64,000 nucleotides of DNA. It comes from Bacillota bacterium (lineage in GTDB: Bacteria; Bacillota; Dethiobacteria; DTU022; PWGO01). The stretch is from assembly GCA_012518215.1 (NCBI GenBank), contig JAAYSV010000024.1, positions 2,340 to 66,339 of the forward strand. Direction: 5' to 3'. Position 1 is the stretch's first letter. Each line of letters begins with the position of its first letter. A model generated the notes under the pieces. That model saw only the letters and a program-made list of their open reading frames with translations, searched no databases and was not told where the DNA came from. The translations under genes were made by a program, and so were the position numbers. This document shows, piece by piece, positions 34,036-43,868 of this stretch.

Positions 34036-35259
34036 TCAACCCTGTTTTTTACTCTTTGCCAGTTTCAAGGCGCTGAAGAGACCCCGCTGCTTGATAGTTT
34101 TCAGTGCCAGGCCCCGGGGGGTCATCTCGAAAAATTTGCGCCCGTAGCGTTTCAAAGCCTGCTCATCGATCTCGAAACCGAGTCCCGGTTTATCCGGTAT
34201 TTTCACATACCCCTCATCGTCAACCATGAAATGTTCTTTCAGGATGCCATCACGATATTTGGGGATCCAGGACGGCGGTTCGTAAGGGAATTCAATGGGC
34301 TCCCGGACAGGATTGGCTGCGGCGATCTGCAAATTGATTGCGAAACCCACGCCGTTGCTCCAGGTGTGGGGCTTGAAGCGCAGGCCACGCCGGGTAGCTT
34401 CATGCATGATCTTTACCGCGGTGTCGATTCCGCAGAAAGTAGCATCGGGCTGATAGATGTCCAGGGATTCTTTCTCGAACAGGACCTGATGTTCATGCCA
34501 TCCCGGGGTCAGTTCCCCGCCGGCGATGGGAACCTTCGTGCGGCGCCGCAGCTCGGCCATCTCGTCAAATGCATACATATCCAGCGGCTCCTCCAGCCAT
34601 TCTATATCATATTCTTCACAGGCCGTGGCAAATTCGGCCGCCCGTTCGAGGTCCCAGATAGCCGGTTTGTGAATAATGGTCACCGGCCACCCCTGGTTGG
34701 CGTCCACCCCGATTTCCATGGTATCGCCCACCGCTTTACGCACCGCCTCGATCTGCTTGATATCATCCTTGATGTCATCATCGTGAACGCGCAGTTTCAC
34801 GATCTTGAACCCCATTTCCCTTATTTTCAGCACTTCCTCGGCCCGGCGATCCGGCTCGTGCACCTCACCCGTGGAGCAGTATGTCGGCATGCGCCCTCCC
34901 TTTCCGCCCAGCAGCTCGTAAACCGGCTTGCCTTCTTTTTTGCCGATCAGGTCCCAGAAAGCAGCCTCGATCCAGTGGTTGCGCCAGCCCAGGTAAGATG
35001 CCTCGCGGAGAAGTTGCCGGACTTCGTCCATTTTTTCCACTTCCTGCCCGATCAGGTACTGCCCGATCAGGGTTCCCAGACCTTCACGCTCTTCTTCCAT
35101 GGCCATTCCGGCACTGTAGCCCACCAGACCATCGTCGGTGGTAATCTTCAGGAGTGTGCTGCGGTTAAATCTTTGCGGATAGCCAGGAATCCAGGCCGGA
35201 TAGAAATCCACGGCCAGGGGAATTGAAATGTGGTAAAGCTCGATCTTGTTTACTTTCAT
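34036..35259 (-). CDS. enolase-superfamily enzyme (mandelate racemase/muconate lactonizing enzyme family)
   Basis: N-terminal capping domain plus TIM barrel with conserved acid/base and metal ligands (KxK, D..E..D pattern: IGVDANQGW, EEPL, ...); 407 aa. Confidence 0.75.
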   Translation of the reverse strand: MKVNKIELYHISIPLAVDFYPAWIPGYPQRFNRSTLLKITTDDGLVGYSAGMAMEEEREGLGTLIGQYLIGQEVEKMDEVRQLLREASYLGWRNHWIEAAFWDLIGKKEGKPVYELLGGKGGRMPTYCSTGEVHEPDRRAEEVLKIREMGFKIVKLRVHDDDIKDDIKQIEAVRKAVGDTMEIGVDANQGWPVTIIHKPAIWDLERAAEFATACEEYDIEWLEEPLDMYAFDEMAELRRRTKVPIAGGELTPGWHEHQVLFEKESLDIYQPDATFCGIDTAVKIMHEATRRGLRFKPHTWSNGVGFAINLQIAAANPVREPIEFPYEPPSWIPKYRDGILKEHFMVDDEGYVKIPDKPGLGFEIDEQALKRYGRKFFEMTPRGLALKTIKQRGLFSALKLAKSKKQG

Positions 35260-35543
35260 TTGCTTTTCCCTCCTTTGATATCTTCATTCTGTCCTTTCTG
35301 ATCTATTTTTATTGCTATTCAACCAATCTGGCCCGACTGTATCTTTCTTGTCTGGAATCAACCTTCTACTGTATTTACTTTTGTATTTACTTTATTCAAC
35401 CAGGTTTTTTATTAATCCTTCAAATAGCCGGGAAATAACGAAAATAATGCCCTGAAAAAAACAATGATGCCTGCTGAATGACAGACAGAGGACATCAGGG
35501 GCTGCAATGAATTTTTCCTGCAAGAGGGGGAAGAAATTTGATG

Positions 35544-35766
35544 GGGGAATTCTTCGGTAGCGGCAGAAACCGCCGCTCCCTCTGAATTGCAATATAATAT
35601 GAACGGCGCCCTCTGAATTTCAGGTACCATGCTTTGACTTTGCTGACAAGCAGGGCAGCTTTTACGTCGTCATTGCTATGGAAGTAAATGAACTCCAGCA
35701 AAAATATGCACCCGGAAGAAACAATTTCCGTTTATCGTGGTGCGGGTAACGCGTGGAAATTCAGAG
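35544..35766. repeat. interspersed repeat family, copy A (rearranged; internal segment inverted)
   Basis: 35544-35588 matches copies B and C (GGGGGA(A)TTCTTCGG..GC(A/G)GC..CTCCCTC(T/C)GAATT); 35660-35766 matches the rest of the element but as reverse complement; short inverted repeats CCTCTGAATT(T) (35578-35588, 35609-35620) and AAATTCAGAG (35757-35766) flank the inverted part. Confidence 0.6.
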
Positions 35767-35994
35767 CAAGCATCTTTTCATGGAAAGGCAAATTCTTTTA
35801 ACGAGGAAAATGCTTGCAGGATGCCTAGCTTTATCGCCGGATATGGCGCCGCGAAGAATTATGTGGCACTGTCATTCAGGAAAGATGCGCCGGTTTTCTA
35901 CCGGCGCATCCGTATTCAACTACTCTGGTTTGGCAATTCATGCAAGGCAAGGTGCGGCCGCACGAACAGCTGAACGGGACACCGCAATCTTCCC

Positions 35995-38900
35995 TCAGGC
36001 CTCCTCCACCGGAAACTTATCTATCAAGCCGACGATGCGACGAAGAATCAAAATCGCGTCCTGCACGTCTACTTTGCCATCCCCGTTAACGTCGGCAGCA
36101 ATTATCTGTTCAGGTGTCAAATTCGCCAATCCCACGATGTCTCTCAATACAAATATGGCATCTTTTACAGTTACTGTCCCATCACCTGACGGGTTTCCAT
36201 ATATTATGGATTGCAGAACGCCTTCCACGATCTCGTAGGCACCTTTGTTATTGGGGACAAGTGTAACCTTCATGTTGGATGAAAGATTCAAAGCCGGACG
36301 AACACCAAAGGAGCTAGTAGGTGCTTGTGTTCCGTAATTGTTTCCGGAAACTCCAACGACACACATATAATATTCGGAACACTCATCGGCTTGACGGGTC
36401 CAGTACCATTCATAATCCATGCCCCCCAAACCCGACCCCTGGAAACGCGGCAAATATGCCTTCAGTCTTTCGGCATGCGCATATGATAGCGACGGCAGAT
36501 CAAAATAGGGCAAAACGGTACCGGCCGGGCGGTTTCCGGCAAGGCCCATCTCGGCCAGGGAGAGGGCAAAAACACGATCGTCGGTGAAATAGGTGCTACC
36601 CGTATCCCAGGTCTTGTTGGGCAGTTTGGTGGTCAACACCCCGCTGCGGAACATTTGCGAGAAAGCATTATAAAAACCGTCTCCCGCATAGGCATAATCT
36701 TTCTTATCCAGACTGTTCAGGAAGGGGCGCAGGCCATGGTCAGCATTGGGCTTTCCGCTATCGCCCCAGTTGTTGCTGCCAAACTCCCATTTGATGCCCC
36801 TGTTGGTGCTGTCGTCAAAGGGATGCCGGGCAATCAATTCTTCCGAGACCAGGGTGACATGCGGGCGGTCTCCCTCGACATCATAGTGATCCTTTGCCGC
36901 CACAATCCAGGTCACCTCTTTCTTGACTCCTTTCGGAACGGTATTTCCGGCACGGTCTTTATTGCTGTAAGATGATCCCATCCTGTGTTCCCAGACCCAC
37001 GAAGGATCCACAACCCTGTCGCCGATTTCCAGATCCCCCAGAAGCTGGCTACCCTGGATTTCGGTGAAAATCGCCCGGAGTACGGCATCGCCTGTCAGTT
37101 TTATGGTAGTTTCGGCAGCATTGATATCGTCAATGGTAATGTTTTCAACAGGAGCCAAGCTCCATCTTACAAATTCGTATCCCTCGGCAGGCACGGCCTT
37201 GACAGGTATCGAAACATGGGCATCAACCATTGGTAAGGGCCAACCGAGTTCCACCGTGCCCACCTCATCGCCATACATCCCGCCGGACTCGCTTTTCCAG
37301 ATAAAGATTTCCAGTCTTACCTTGTTTGGTGGCTTGACAACCAGGCGGAACTTGGCTTCCGCCCAGGCGTTATATGGGTCCTTTGCGGTAAGATATATAT
37401 CAAACTCCCCTTCCTGGTTGGCCGTCCAGACAATATTGCCGCTGTTGTTGCCGCCCTCATCCATGACCAGCTCGAGGCCATGTTCGCAAAGGGGACTGTC
37501 CAGTGTAAAATCCAGCAGATCGCCATCGGGATCCTCCGCCTGGAAGGGAATGGAGATGGTCTCTCCCCTATTCACCTCCCGATCGCTTTCATACTCTTCC
37601 GGTTCCTGAAAAGAGGGAACGCAGTTGGGCACATACAAACTGAAAGAAAAATCGTAACCGTCAACTTCTCTTTCCAGCTCAGTGACCGGATCGCTGAGAT
37701 GAATGCGCACTCCGTAATCGCCTGCTTCTATATCGTTTTCAGCAGGATTCCAGCTCAAAATATAGGAACCGGGTATATGAGGGTAGGGTTCCATCGGTAT
37801 TGCCTCGGCTACCATTTCACCATCCGGAATCGATTCAACAGAAACCACGGCATCAAGTCCCCGCCGAGCGCCGTCGGCATAGGCAACAATGACGAAAGGC
37901 GTATCCACTGGCCAATCTCCCCCATCCAGAAGGCCGGATGGATCCGTCAGGCAAGAAGCCAACCCCGGCGCCGCGGCTTCCTCCACAAAATCGACCGTCA
38001 ATCTGACCACGGCAGAAGTCTTTTCGGGATCATTGGTTTTGACATTCAGGTTGCACACCAGGGGTCCCTCGGGTGCTTCCGTGGGCAAATCCAGCGGCAC
38101 TATTTCCACATGCTTCTCACCGGGCCAGATGGCTATTTCCCCGGAATCGGGGGAAACCCAATCCGGCACCCCCGCCTCGGTGTCAAATTCCACCACCAGT
38201 TTTTCACTGCCGATGTTGCGCATGGGAATAACCGCCGATGCATCATGCATTCCTTCGGTAACACTGACCGTTATATCATCCGGCATTTCCAGTGCCGGTG
38301 AGGTCCTGTAACCCTCCACCTTGTAAGTTTCTGCGGTGATCTTCTCGGCAAAACGCAGGCCGTCGCTGACAACCACCTTGAATTTGTACTCTTCCCCGGC
38401 AGGAAGTTCGTTGGCATTTACAGTCCGGGAGAAATTTCCGGGTCCTTCATGTGCTATATCCATGGCGATGAGACGCCAGTTCTGGCCACCATCACCGCTG
38501 GCCATCAATGTGGAAGAAAGGGGAGCCCCGGCCTCATGCGTTGCCCTCCATGAGATCTGGAATTCCCCGGATAGCGTCCCCCCGCCCGTTGGAGCAGTTA
38601 TGGTAACTTGCGGTGCAGACTCGGAAAATTCATAACGTTTCCAAACGTGCATCATCTCGCCTTCGGTAGGGTGGGTAACAAGGTGGCCAATTTCTATGGC
38701 TGCTATGTCGTCACGACGGGGAAAACTCAACTGGAAAGGAGCAAAAGTTCTGCCTTCGTATTTAAAGGTTTCGAAGAACCCATGGTCCAGAACTTCTCCC
38801 TGGCTATCGACCAGCTGCAACATGTAGGAGTTACTGCCCATATCCACGCCCCTGTCCACCGCACCCCTGTACGGAAGCACCGGATCCAGAAAAACACTTT

Positions 38901-41289
38901 CTATTTTGTCGATGGCTCCCACCACCTCTCCGGAAAGAAGAAGAACATCGGTATCCTCCTCCGCCAGTAACAATTCAGCTCCTGTTCCTGTGACGGGTTG
39001 CGTGGCATATTCGAGCAGTTTTGTGTATTCCTGCCCCGTGGGCCAGGGAAAATGGGTATGATCATACATTATGGCCTCACAAAAAGGCGTAATATATTTT
39101 CCATCGCGGAGTAGATTGTTGATGGGACCCTTTCCGTCATGACCATTGGCGGAGAGCGGCGGCACTTCATTTTTGGGGTATACATCCTTCAAACCCAGCG
39201 TATGGAGGAATTCATGCAAGGTATGATGTGCAAGCGCCTCACCGGGATCAAGGAGCACCGCACCGTGTGCCGCCCCGAGGAATTCCCAGTTCAGGCCGAA
39301 AGTACCGGCCTGCTGCAGGCCGGATGCTCCCAGAAAACCCGGCGGGGTCAGGCCCACAACAAGATCTGCCCCGCCAGCGTGACCAGATTTTTGTATGCGG
39401 TTCAGCGTGCGGAATATGCGACGCAGATAACTGTCATGCGATTCCTTGCCCCAGAGCCACCCGTTCGCCCGGGCCACATGGAAGGGAAGCGCCTTGCTAA
39501 AACTGATGGGAGCCGGGAATACCTTGCGGATAAATTCCTCCTGCCTCATTATGGTGGATGCCGGGTAAGAAATGGCGGAGGATTCCCAGGCGCCCACTTG
39601 CAAAGGGACAAAAATAAAATTGAATTCCTTGCGTGCCTTGTAAAGTTCATGCGGTACATATTCGTTCCCACTGCTGCCCGAACCTCTATCCTCGCAAGTT
39701 CCAAGAATCACCCTTGATTCGCGCCGCCCCCGATCAGTATCCTTCATTACGGCCCTGACAGCCAAGCGTTTGGGGGGCAATAAATCAGCAGGATTTATCT
39801 GGATATAGGCCCGGTGTTTACCCTGTATGACCACTTCATTGTTGGTATAGTTTCCCACACCTGCATAGGTATCATTAGCATACCGCCGGTAGCCTGAAGG
39901 CGGAGATTGGTTGATAACTACATCGGGATTTTTGGAATCATAAACCTCGATACCAACGCCCTGCAATTTCTTGTCCGATGGATATTTTTGTTTTACAAAT
40001 ACATAAGGTGAAACAAACAGGGGGGCTTTGTGATCAACGACAATACGCGAGGGGTTATCCACAACCTGTGTCAGGTACCAATACAGATCCATTAATGGAA
40101 ATACCGTCATCTCCAGTGAAACCGAATCCGTACCGTCCGTTCCGGGAGGATAGTTTATTTCCAGCTCGCCGTTTTTATCCGTTGTTTTTTCAGAAAGGTG
40201 TCCCAGATTTGCTCCACCCCAGAACTGAACTCGCATATCGGGAAGCGGATCGCCATCGGGCGTAACCACGTTGACCTTTATGCTGCCTTCGAAATTTCCA
40301 AGGTCGTCATAAGTAAAATACTTATCTTTAAAAAAGGGATGATAATCGCCATGCTGCGGGATAATCCGTGCAAACAATGCCGGGGCGGGAACCCTGATCG
40401 GGGACAGTTCAAACGTTGCACCATTTCCCCGTCCCGTAAAAAGTGTTTCTCCTTCCACATTGCTCCTTTCCCACAAACCATTGGCCATATACCAGGTTAC
40501 AGTATGACCATAGCCATGAGCAGTCACCCACCTGAAGAATATGCGGCTTTCCTGCCCTGCACGGGGCACAGATTTACCGGGATCATCCTCATCGCCATAG
40601 CATTCGAAATCCACCCGTATATCGTGAATGAAGGGATCTTTTCCCAAAATTTCATGGAGATGCAAATTCCGTTCATCCGCCTCGTTGCCCGCTTCATCGC
40701 GGGTTATCAGGCCAACTTTCATTATCTCATTTTCATAGAAGCTAACCTCTACTTCAACAGACACATAGATATGATGTTTGTATTTTACCCTTGCAGTCCC
40801 GGTGCCGATATACTCACTGGGAACGTAATCCAAACCTGCAGGGCGTATGATGTTCTTGATTTCCCAGTTGGGGACAGCCCCGTATCCCATAAAAATATGA
40901 TGTTCCACGCTTCCGCTCGGTACGGGAGCATCATCCGTCGCTACAAGGAAATAACCGCCATCTTTAAGAGTCACTTCCAGATCAAAACCTACCTCGTGAG
41001 ATTCCTCCTGCCCCAAACCGGAGTTATAAAACAGCTTCCATTCCCGGATCTCGAAGGTATGGGAAGTTACAACTTCCCAACCCACACTCCCGTCAGACAC
41101 TTCGAAACCCCTTTCTTGCAATTCGGGCTGGCCCTGTTCCACTATCTCACCCGATGACGCCTCTTCCCACGGCCCATCATCGCCGCCAAGAAGCCACCCG
41201 GTAGTGAAGCCCCGCTCAAAAGCTTCCCCGGTTCCGGACAACGCCAGCAGCATTACCAGCAATAACAGCAACATATAATTTTTTTTCAA
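35995..41289 (-). CDS. giant secreted multidomain protein with HExxH zinc-metalloprotease-like motif and C-terminal dockerin
   Basis: 1764 aa; N-terminal signal peptide (MKKNYMLLLLLVMLLALSG); HTLHEFLHTLGLKD (HExxH) mid-protein; Ig/FN3-like beta-rich repeats; C-terminal duplicated Ca-binding dockerin segments (DVNGDGKVDVQDAILILRRIVG). Confidence 0.7.
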   Translation of the reverse strand: MKKNYMLLLLLVMLLALSGTGEAFERGFTTGWLLGGDDGPWEEASSGEIVEQGQPELQERGFEVSDGSVGWEVVTSHTFEIREWKLFYNSGLGQEESHEVGFDLEVTLKDGGYFLVATDDAPVPSGSVEHHIFMGYGAVPNWEIKNIIRPAGLDYVPSEYIGTGTARVKYKHHIYVSVEVEVSFYENEIMKVGLITRDEAGNEADERNLHLHEILGKDPFIHDIRVDFECYGDEDDPGKSVPRAGQESRIFFRWVTAHGYGHTVTWYMANGLWERSNVEGETLFTGRGNGATFELSPIRVPAPALFARIIPQHGDYHPFFKDKYFTYDDLGNFEGSIKVNVVTPDGDPLPDMRVQFWGGANLGHLSEKTTDKNGELEINYPPGTDGTDSVSLEMTVFPLMDLYWYLTQVVDNPSRIVVDHKAPLFVSPYVFVKQKYPSDKKLQGVGIEVYDSKNPDVVINQSPPSGYRRYANDTYAGVGNYTNNEVVIQGKHRAYIQINPADLLPPKRLAVRAVMKDTDRGRRESRVILGTCEDRGSGSSGNEYVPHELYKARKEFNFIFVPLQVGAWESSAISYPASTIMRQEEFIRKVFPAPISFSKALPFHVARANGWLWGKESHDSYLRRIFRTLNRIQKSGHAGGADLVVGLTPPGFLGASGLQQAGTFGLNWEFLGAAHGAVLLDPGEALAHHTLHEFLHTLGLKDVYPKNEVPPLSANGHDGKGPINNLLRDGKYITPFCEAIMYDHTHFPWPTGQEYTKLLEYATQPVTGTGAELLLAEEDTDVLLLSGEVVGAIDKIESVFLDPVLPYRGAVDRGVDMGSNSYMLQLVDSQGEVLDHGFFETFKYEGRTFAPFQLSFPRRDDIAAIEIGHLVTHPTEGEMMHVWKRYEFSESAPQVTITAPTGGGTLSGEFQISWRATHEAGAPLSSTLMASGDGGQNWRLIAMDIAHEGPGNFSRTVNANELPAGEEYKFKVVVSDGLRFAEKITAETYKVEGYRTSPALEMPDDITVSVTEGMHDASAVIPMRNIGSEKLVVEFDTEAGVPDWVSPDSGEIAIWPGEKHVEIVPLDLPTEAPEGPLVCNLNVKTNDPEKTSAVVRLTVDFVEEAAAPGLASCLTDPSGLLDGGDWPVDTPFVIVAYADGARRGLDAVVSVESIPDGEMVAEAIPMEPYPHIPGSYILSWNPAENDIEAGDYGVRIHLSDPVTELEREVDGYDFSFSLYVPNCVPSFQEPEEYESDREVNRGETISIPFQAEDPDGDLLDFTLDSPLCEHGLELVMDEGGNNSGNIVWTANQEGEFDIYLTAKDPYNAWAEAKFRLVVKPPNKVRLEIFIWKSESGGMYGDEVGTVELGWPLPMVDAHVSIPVKAVPAEGYEFVRWSLAPVENITIDDINAAETTIKLTGDAVLRAIFTEIQGSQLLGDLEIGDRVVDPSWVWEHRMGSSYSNKDRAGNTVPKGVKKEVTWIVAAKDHYDVEGDRPHVTLVSEELIARHPFDDSTNRGIKWEFGSNNWGDSGKPNADHGLRPFLNSLDKKDYAYAGDGFYNAFSQMFRSGVLTTKLPNKTWDTGSTYFTDDRVFALSLAEMGLAGNRPAGTVLPYFDLPSLSYAHAERLKAYLPRFQGSGLGGMDYEWYWTRQADECSEYYMCVVGVSGNNYGTQAPTSSFGVRPALNLSSNMKVTLVPNNKGAYEIVEGVLQSIIYGNPSGDGTVTVKDAIFVLRDIVGLANLTPEQIIAADVNGDGKVDVQDAILILRRIVGLIDKFPVEEA

Positions 41290-41776
41290 GACAAGTCACC
41301 CTCCTTTATACCAACTGATAAAATTTTCTTGTTATTTCCTGTATCCAGTTTTAAATAATACAGCAATAAATTCCCGCCCGAAACCGAGAGAAGACAGTTT
41401 TTTGCCAATTATGGAATGAATCTCCCGCCCGTCTGGCCTGCAATGACCTCTTCTGATGAAGACGATCGAACCATCCCATTTTTCATGTTGTCAATCACCT
41501 CTTGATGTTTTTTTTACCAAACCAAGATTTCAAGGATAGAACAGAGCTTCCCATCTGCTGTCAAGGCCTTGATTGCCCATGATGGCCTGATAGCTCTCCG
41601 CTCCAGTAAAATAGGGGACATAATTCTATTATTCATACAAACACAACCATAACCATGATAATAATATCATAAAAATGTCACTTTTGCCTACATTTTTTAT
41701 AATATGTTCAGTTTTGATTGATGACAATGCTATTTGTACCTGTTGCGGTAATTATTTGAAGGGATGGGTATAGATT

Positions 41777-41879
41777 GGGGGATTCTTCGGTCGCGGCAAA
41801 AACCGCTGCTCCCTCCGAATTTTCACGCGTTACCCGCACCACGATAAACGGAAATTATTTCTTCCGGGTGCATATTTTT
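41777..41879. repeat. interspersed repeat family, copy B
   Basis: GGGGGATTCTTCGGTCGCGGCAAAAACCGCTGCTCCCTCCGAATTTTCACGCGTTACCCGCACCACGATAAACGGAAATTATTTCTTCCGGGTGCATATTTTT; near-identical to copy C and to the two halves of copy A. Confidence 0.65.
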
Positions 41880-41959
41880 GCTGGCGGCACCCCATGAATG
41901 ACAGCCTGAAGGCAAGGGGCACCCCTCCCAGGACAAATTTCAAACCTTCGACACAGAAA

Positions 41960-42106
41960 CTACTTCTTCAATATGTTGTCGTCAACAACCCTGGTGCTCT
42001 TGCACCTGGGGCAGATGTATATTATCTTTTTTTCATGAATGAAGAAGCGGTGGTTACAATTTTTGCACAACAGCAGACGTGTGGGGCTAGGGATAAAATC
42101 CTTCAT
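41960..42106 (-). CDS. small zinc-ribbon protein (48 aa), not in ORF track
   Basis: MKDFIPSPTRLLLCKNCNHRFFIHEKKIIYICPRCKSTRVVDDNILKK with CxxC-x17-CxxC; preceded by AAGAGGTGA Shine-Dalgarno 7 nt upstream of ATG; lies between cca and the repeat copy B. Confidence 0.5.
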   Translation of the reverse strand: MKDFIPSPTRLLLCKNCNHRFFIHEKKIIYICPRCKSTRVVDDNILKK

Positions 42107-42259
42107 CGGTCCGTCACCTCTTTTCTGATCCAAAATATCTAGCTGATTACTGATATATATATATTAACAGGTTAACATGGTCATTTACTGTCCATTCCGT
42201 ATTCAGCGGCATTTCACGGTGTTCAGCCCCGAAAAGATACGTTCAATGTTCAAATGGAT

Positions 42260-43774
42260 TCATTGTAAAAAATTGCTATCAGCGCCTGACCCCAACTTGT
42301 CGTACAACAATTTTTTGGCAAGATCAAACGCTTCCCGGCGGGTAGATATTTTGCCGTCCAACTGTGCTTCACGCACACTATCTTTCAAATAACCAACCAG
42401 CTCGCTGGCCGGCAAACCGAAACGGGCCATGATATCCCATCCATCCAGCAATGATGGCTCTTCGAACCGGGGACTCACCCTCTCCCTCCATTTCTTTAAA
42501 AACGCAGGAGCCCTGACAGACAACACCTCTTTAACCCTGCCTTCCGATAACCTTTCGCCCTTTTTGGAAAGCAAATCGGCACAACCCAGCAGAAACAGTC
42601 CGGCAGTATCCTCCCCGTGTTCACGCCAGAACTTTTCCTGCGTCTTGCTGCTGGACCGTTCAACAATATCCTGTATCTGAAAATGTCTTTTCACCAGAAA
42701 CAGCAACAAAGCTTTGTCCCTGGCGGACAATTTCAGCTCACCGGCAATTTCTTTGATCAACCCAAGACCGGCCCTCTCGTGATCAAAAAACCTGACCCTG
42801 TTTTTATCATCAATTTCGCGAACCAGCGGTTTCCCGATATCATGAAGTAATGCCGCCAGTTTCAAAACAGGCAAATTGTTGCCCCGGGAAAGCCAATCGC
42901 CAAACAGCGCATCATCATCAGGAAAAAAATCATTTACCCGTTCGATCAAATTGTCCAACTCCAGAACAACCTGAAAACTGTGACCCCATACGTCCTGATG
43001 GTGATACCCCCCCTGTATGCAGTCGATCATGGGAATCATCTGCGGAAACTGATTTTCTACCAGACCATATTTTCCCGCTTCCAGCAGCCAGGTGCCTGCG
43101 TCGGGTTGCGCCAGCAGGCAGAAAATCTCGGCCCGGGTTCTTTCACCCGCTACTTTTCTACACAGATGAGCATTTTTTGAAACCAACTGTTTCAAGTTTT
43201 CGGCGGGTAAGAATCCCAGCTGAGCGGAGAATCTCCATACCCTCCACAACCTCAGAGGGTCATCCAAAAAAATGGAGCCGGAAACTTCCCTCAAAATGCC
43301 CCTCTTCAGATCAGCCAGGCCGCCAAAAGGGTCGATGACCATTTCTTCCACGCAGTCCCTGGCCGGTTTATTGCGGGCAAGAACCGGTAATATTTCTTCA
43401 AGGGGAACGGCCAGGGCGTTGACCGTGAAATCTCTCCTTCCCAGATCTTCGACAATGTCGCCCTCCAGCTCCGTGATATCGAGCCAGGCCTGCCGGGACG
43501 TATTGCCCCCTGTCCTCCCTTCGGCGGCCATGGTGCTTTTGCGAGGGAACACGAAGCGAAAACATACCCCCCTGTCCTTGTCGCCCCATCTGACCAGAGT
43601 GCCATCCACACTTTTAGCCACAGCGAGAGCTGCTTTTTCTGCGCCTTCAACAACAAGGTCCATGTCATGTGAAAAACGGCCTGTCAAAAGATCGCGCAAT
43701 CCGCCGCCGACAAAGAATACACCGGGAAAACCCGACAATACCTCCAACGCTTTCTTGATTTCTGGAACATTCAT
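42260..43774 (-). CDS. cca: CCA-adding tRNA nucleotidyltransferase / poly(A) polymerase family with HD domain
   Basis: N-terminal PolyA_pol head (FFVGGGLRDLLTGR..DMDLVV), HD motif region (HHQDVWGHSF...HDIGK) and C-terminal tRNA-binding tail; 504 aa. Confidence 0.8.
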   Translation of the reverse strand: MNVPEIKKALEVLSGFPGVFFVGGGLRDLLTGRFSHDMDLVVEGAEKAALAVAKSVDGTLVRWGDKDRGVCFRFVFPRKSTMAAEGRTGGNTSRQAWLDITELEGDIVEDLGRRDFTVNALAVPLEEILPVLARNKPARDCVEEMVIDPFGGLADLKRGILREVSGSIFLDDPLRLWRVWRFSAQLGFLPAENLKQLVSKNAHLCRKVAGERTRAEIFCLLAQPDAGTWLLEAGKYGLVENQFPQMIPMIDCIQGGYHHQDVWGHSFQVVLELDNLIERVNDFFPDDDALFGDWLSRGNNLPVLKLAALLHDIGKPLVREIDDKNRVRFFDHERAGLGLIKEIAGELKLSARDKALLLFLVKRHFQIQDIVERSSSKTQEKFWREHGEDTAGLFLLGCADLLSKKGERLSEGRVKEVLSVRAPAFLKKWRERVSPRFEEPSLLDGWDIMARFGLPASELVGYLKDSVREAQLDGKISTRREAFDLAKKLLYDKLGSGADSNFLQ

Positions 43775-43783
43775 ATTACAGTA

Positions 43784-43868
43784 ACCGACCGTCCATTATT
43801 CACTCCTCCGGGATGGCTGTTTCCGAAACCGACCGTCCATTATTCACTCCTTCGGGATGGCTGTTTCC
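43784..43868. repeat. 41-bp perfect-to-near-perfect tandem duplication spanning the CARF-gene stop codon
   Basis: ACCGACCGTCCATTATTCACTCCT(C/T)CGGGATGGCTGTTTCC occurs twice with 44-bp periodicity; copy 1 carries the stop codon, copy 2 is translated in a shifted frame as the last codons of the CARF gene. Confidence 0.7.

Noticed and set aside
33979-35226. 415-aa plus-strand ORF
   Set aside because: Antisense to the enolase-superfamily gene, which has conserved catalytic motifs; shadow ORF.
35495-35701. 68-aa ORF (TTG start) inside repeat copy A, sharing an xEFIYFH peptide with a 12-aa ORF in copy C
   Set aside because: The conservation is explained by nucleotide identity of the repeat element itself. 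The third copy (B) diverges to a stop immediately. There is no RBS and a non-ATG start, so it is most likely noncoding.
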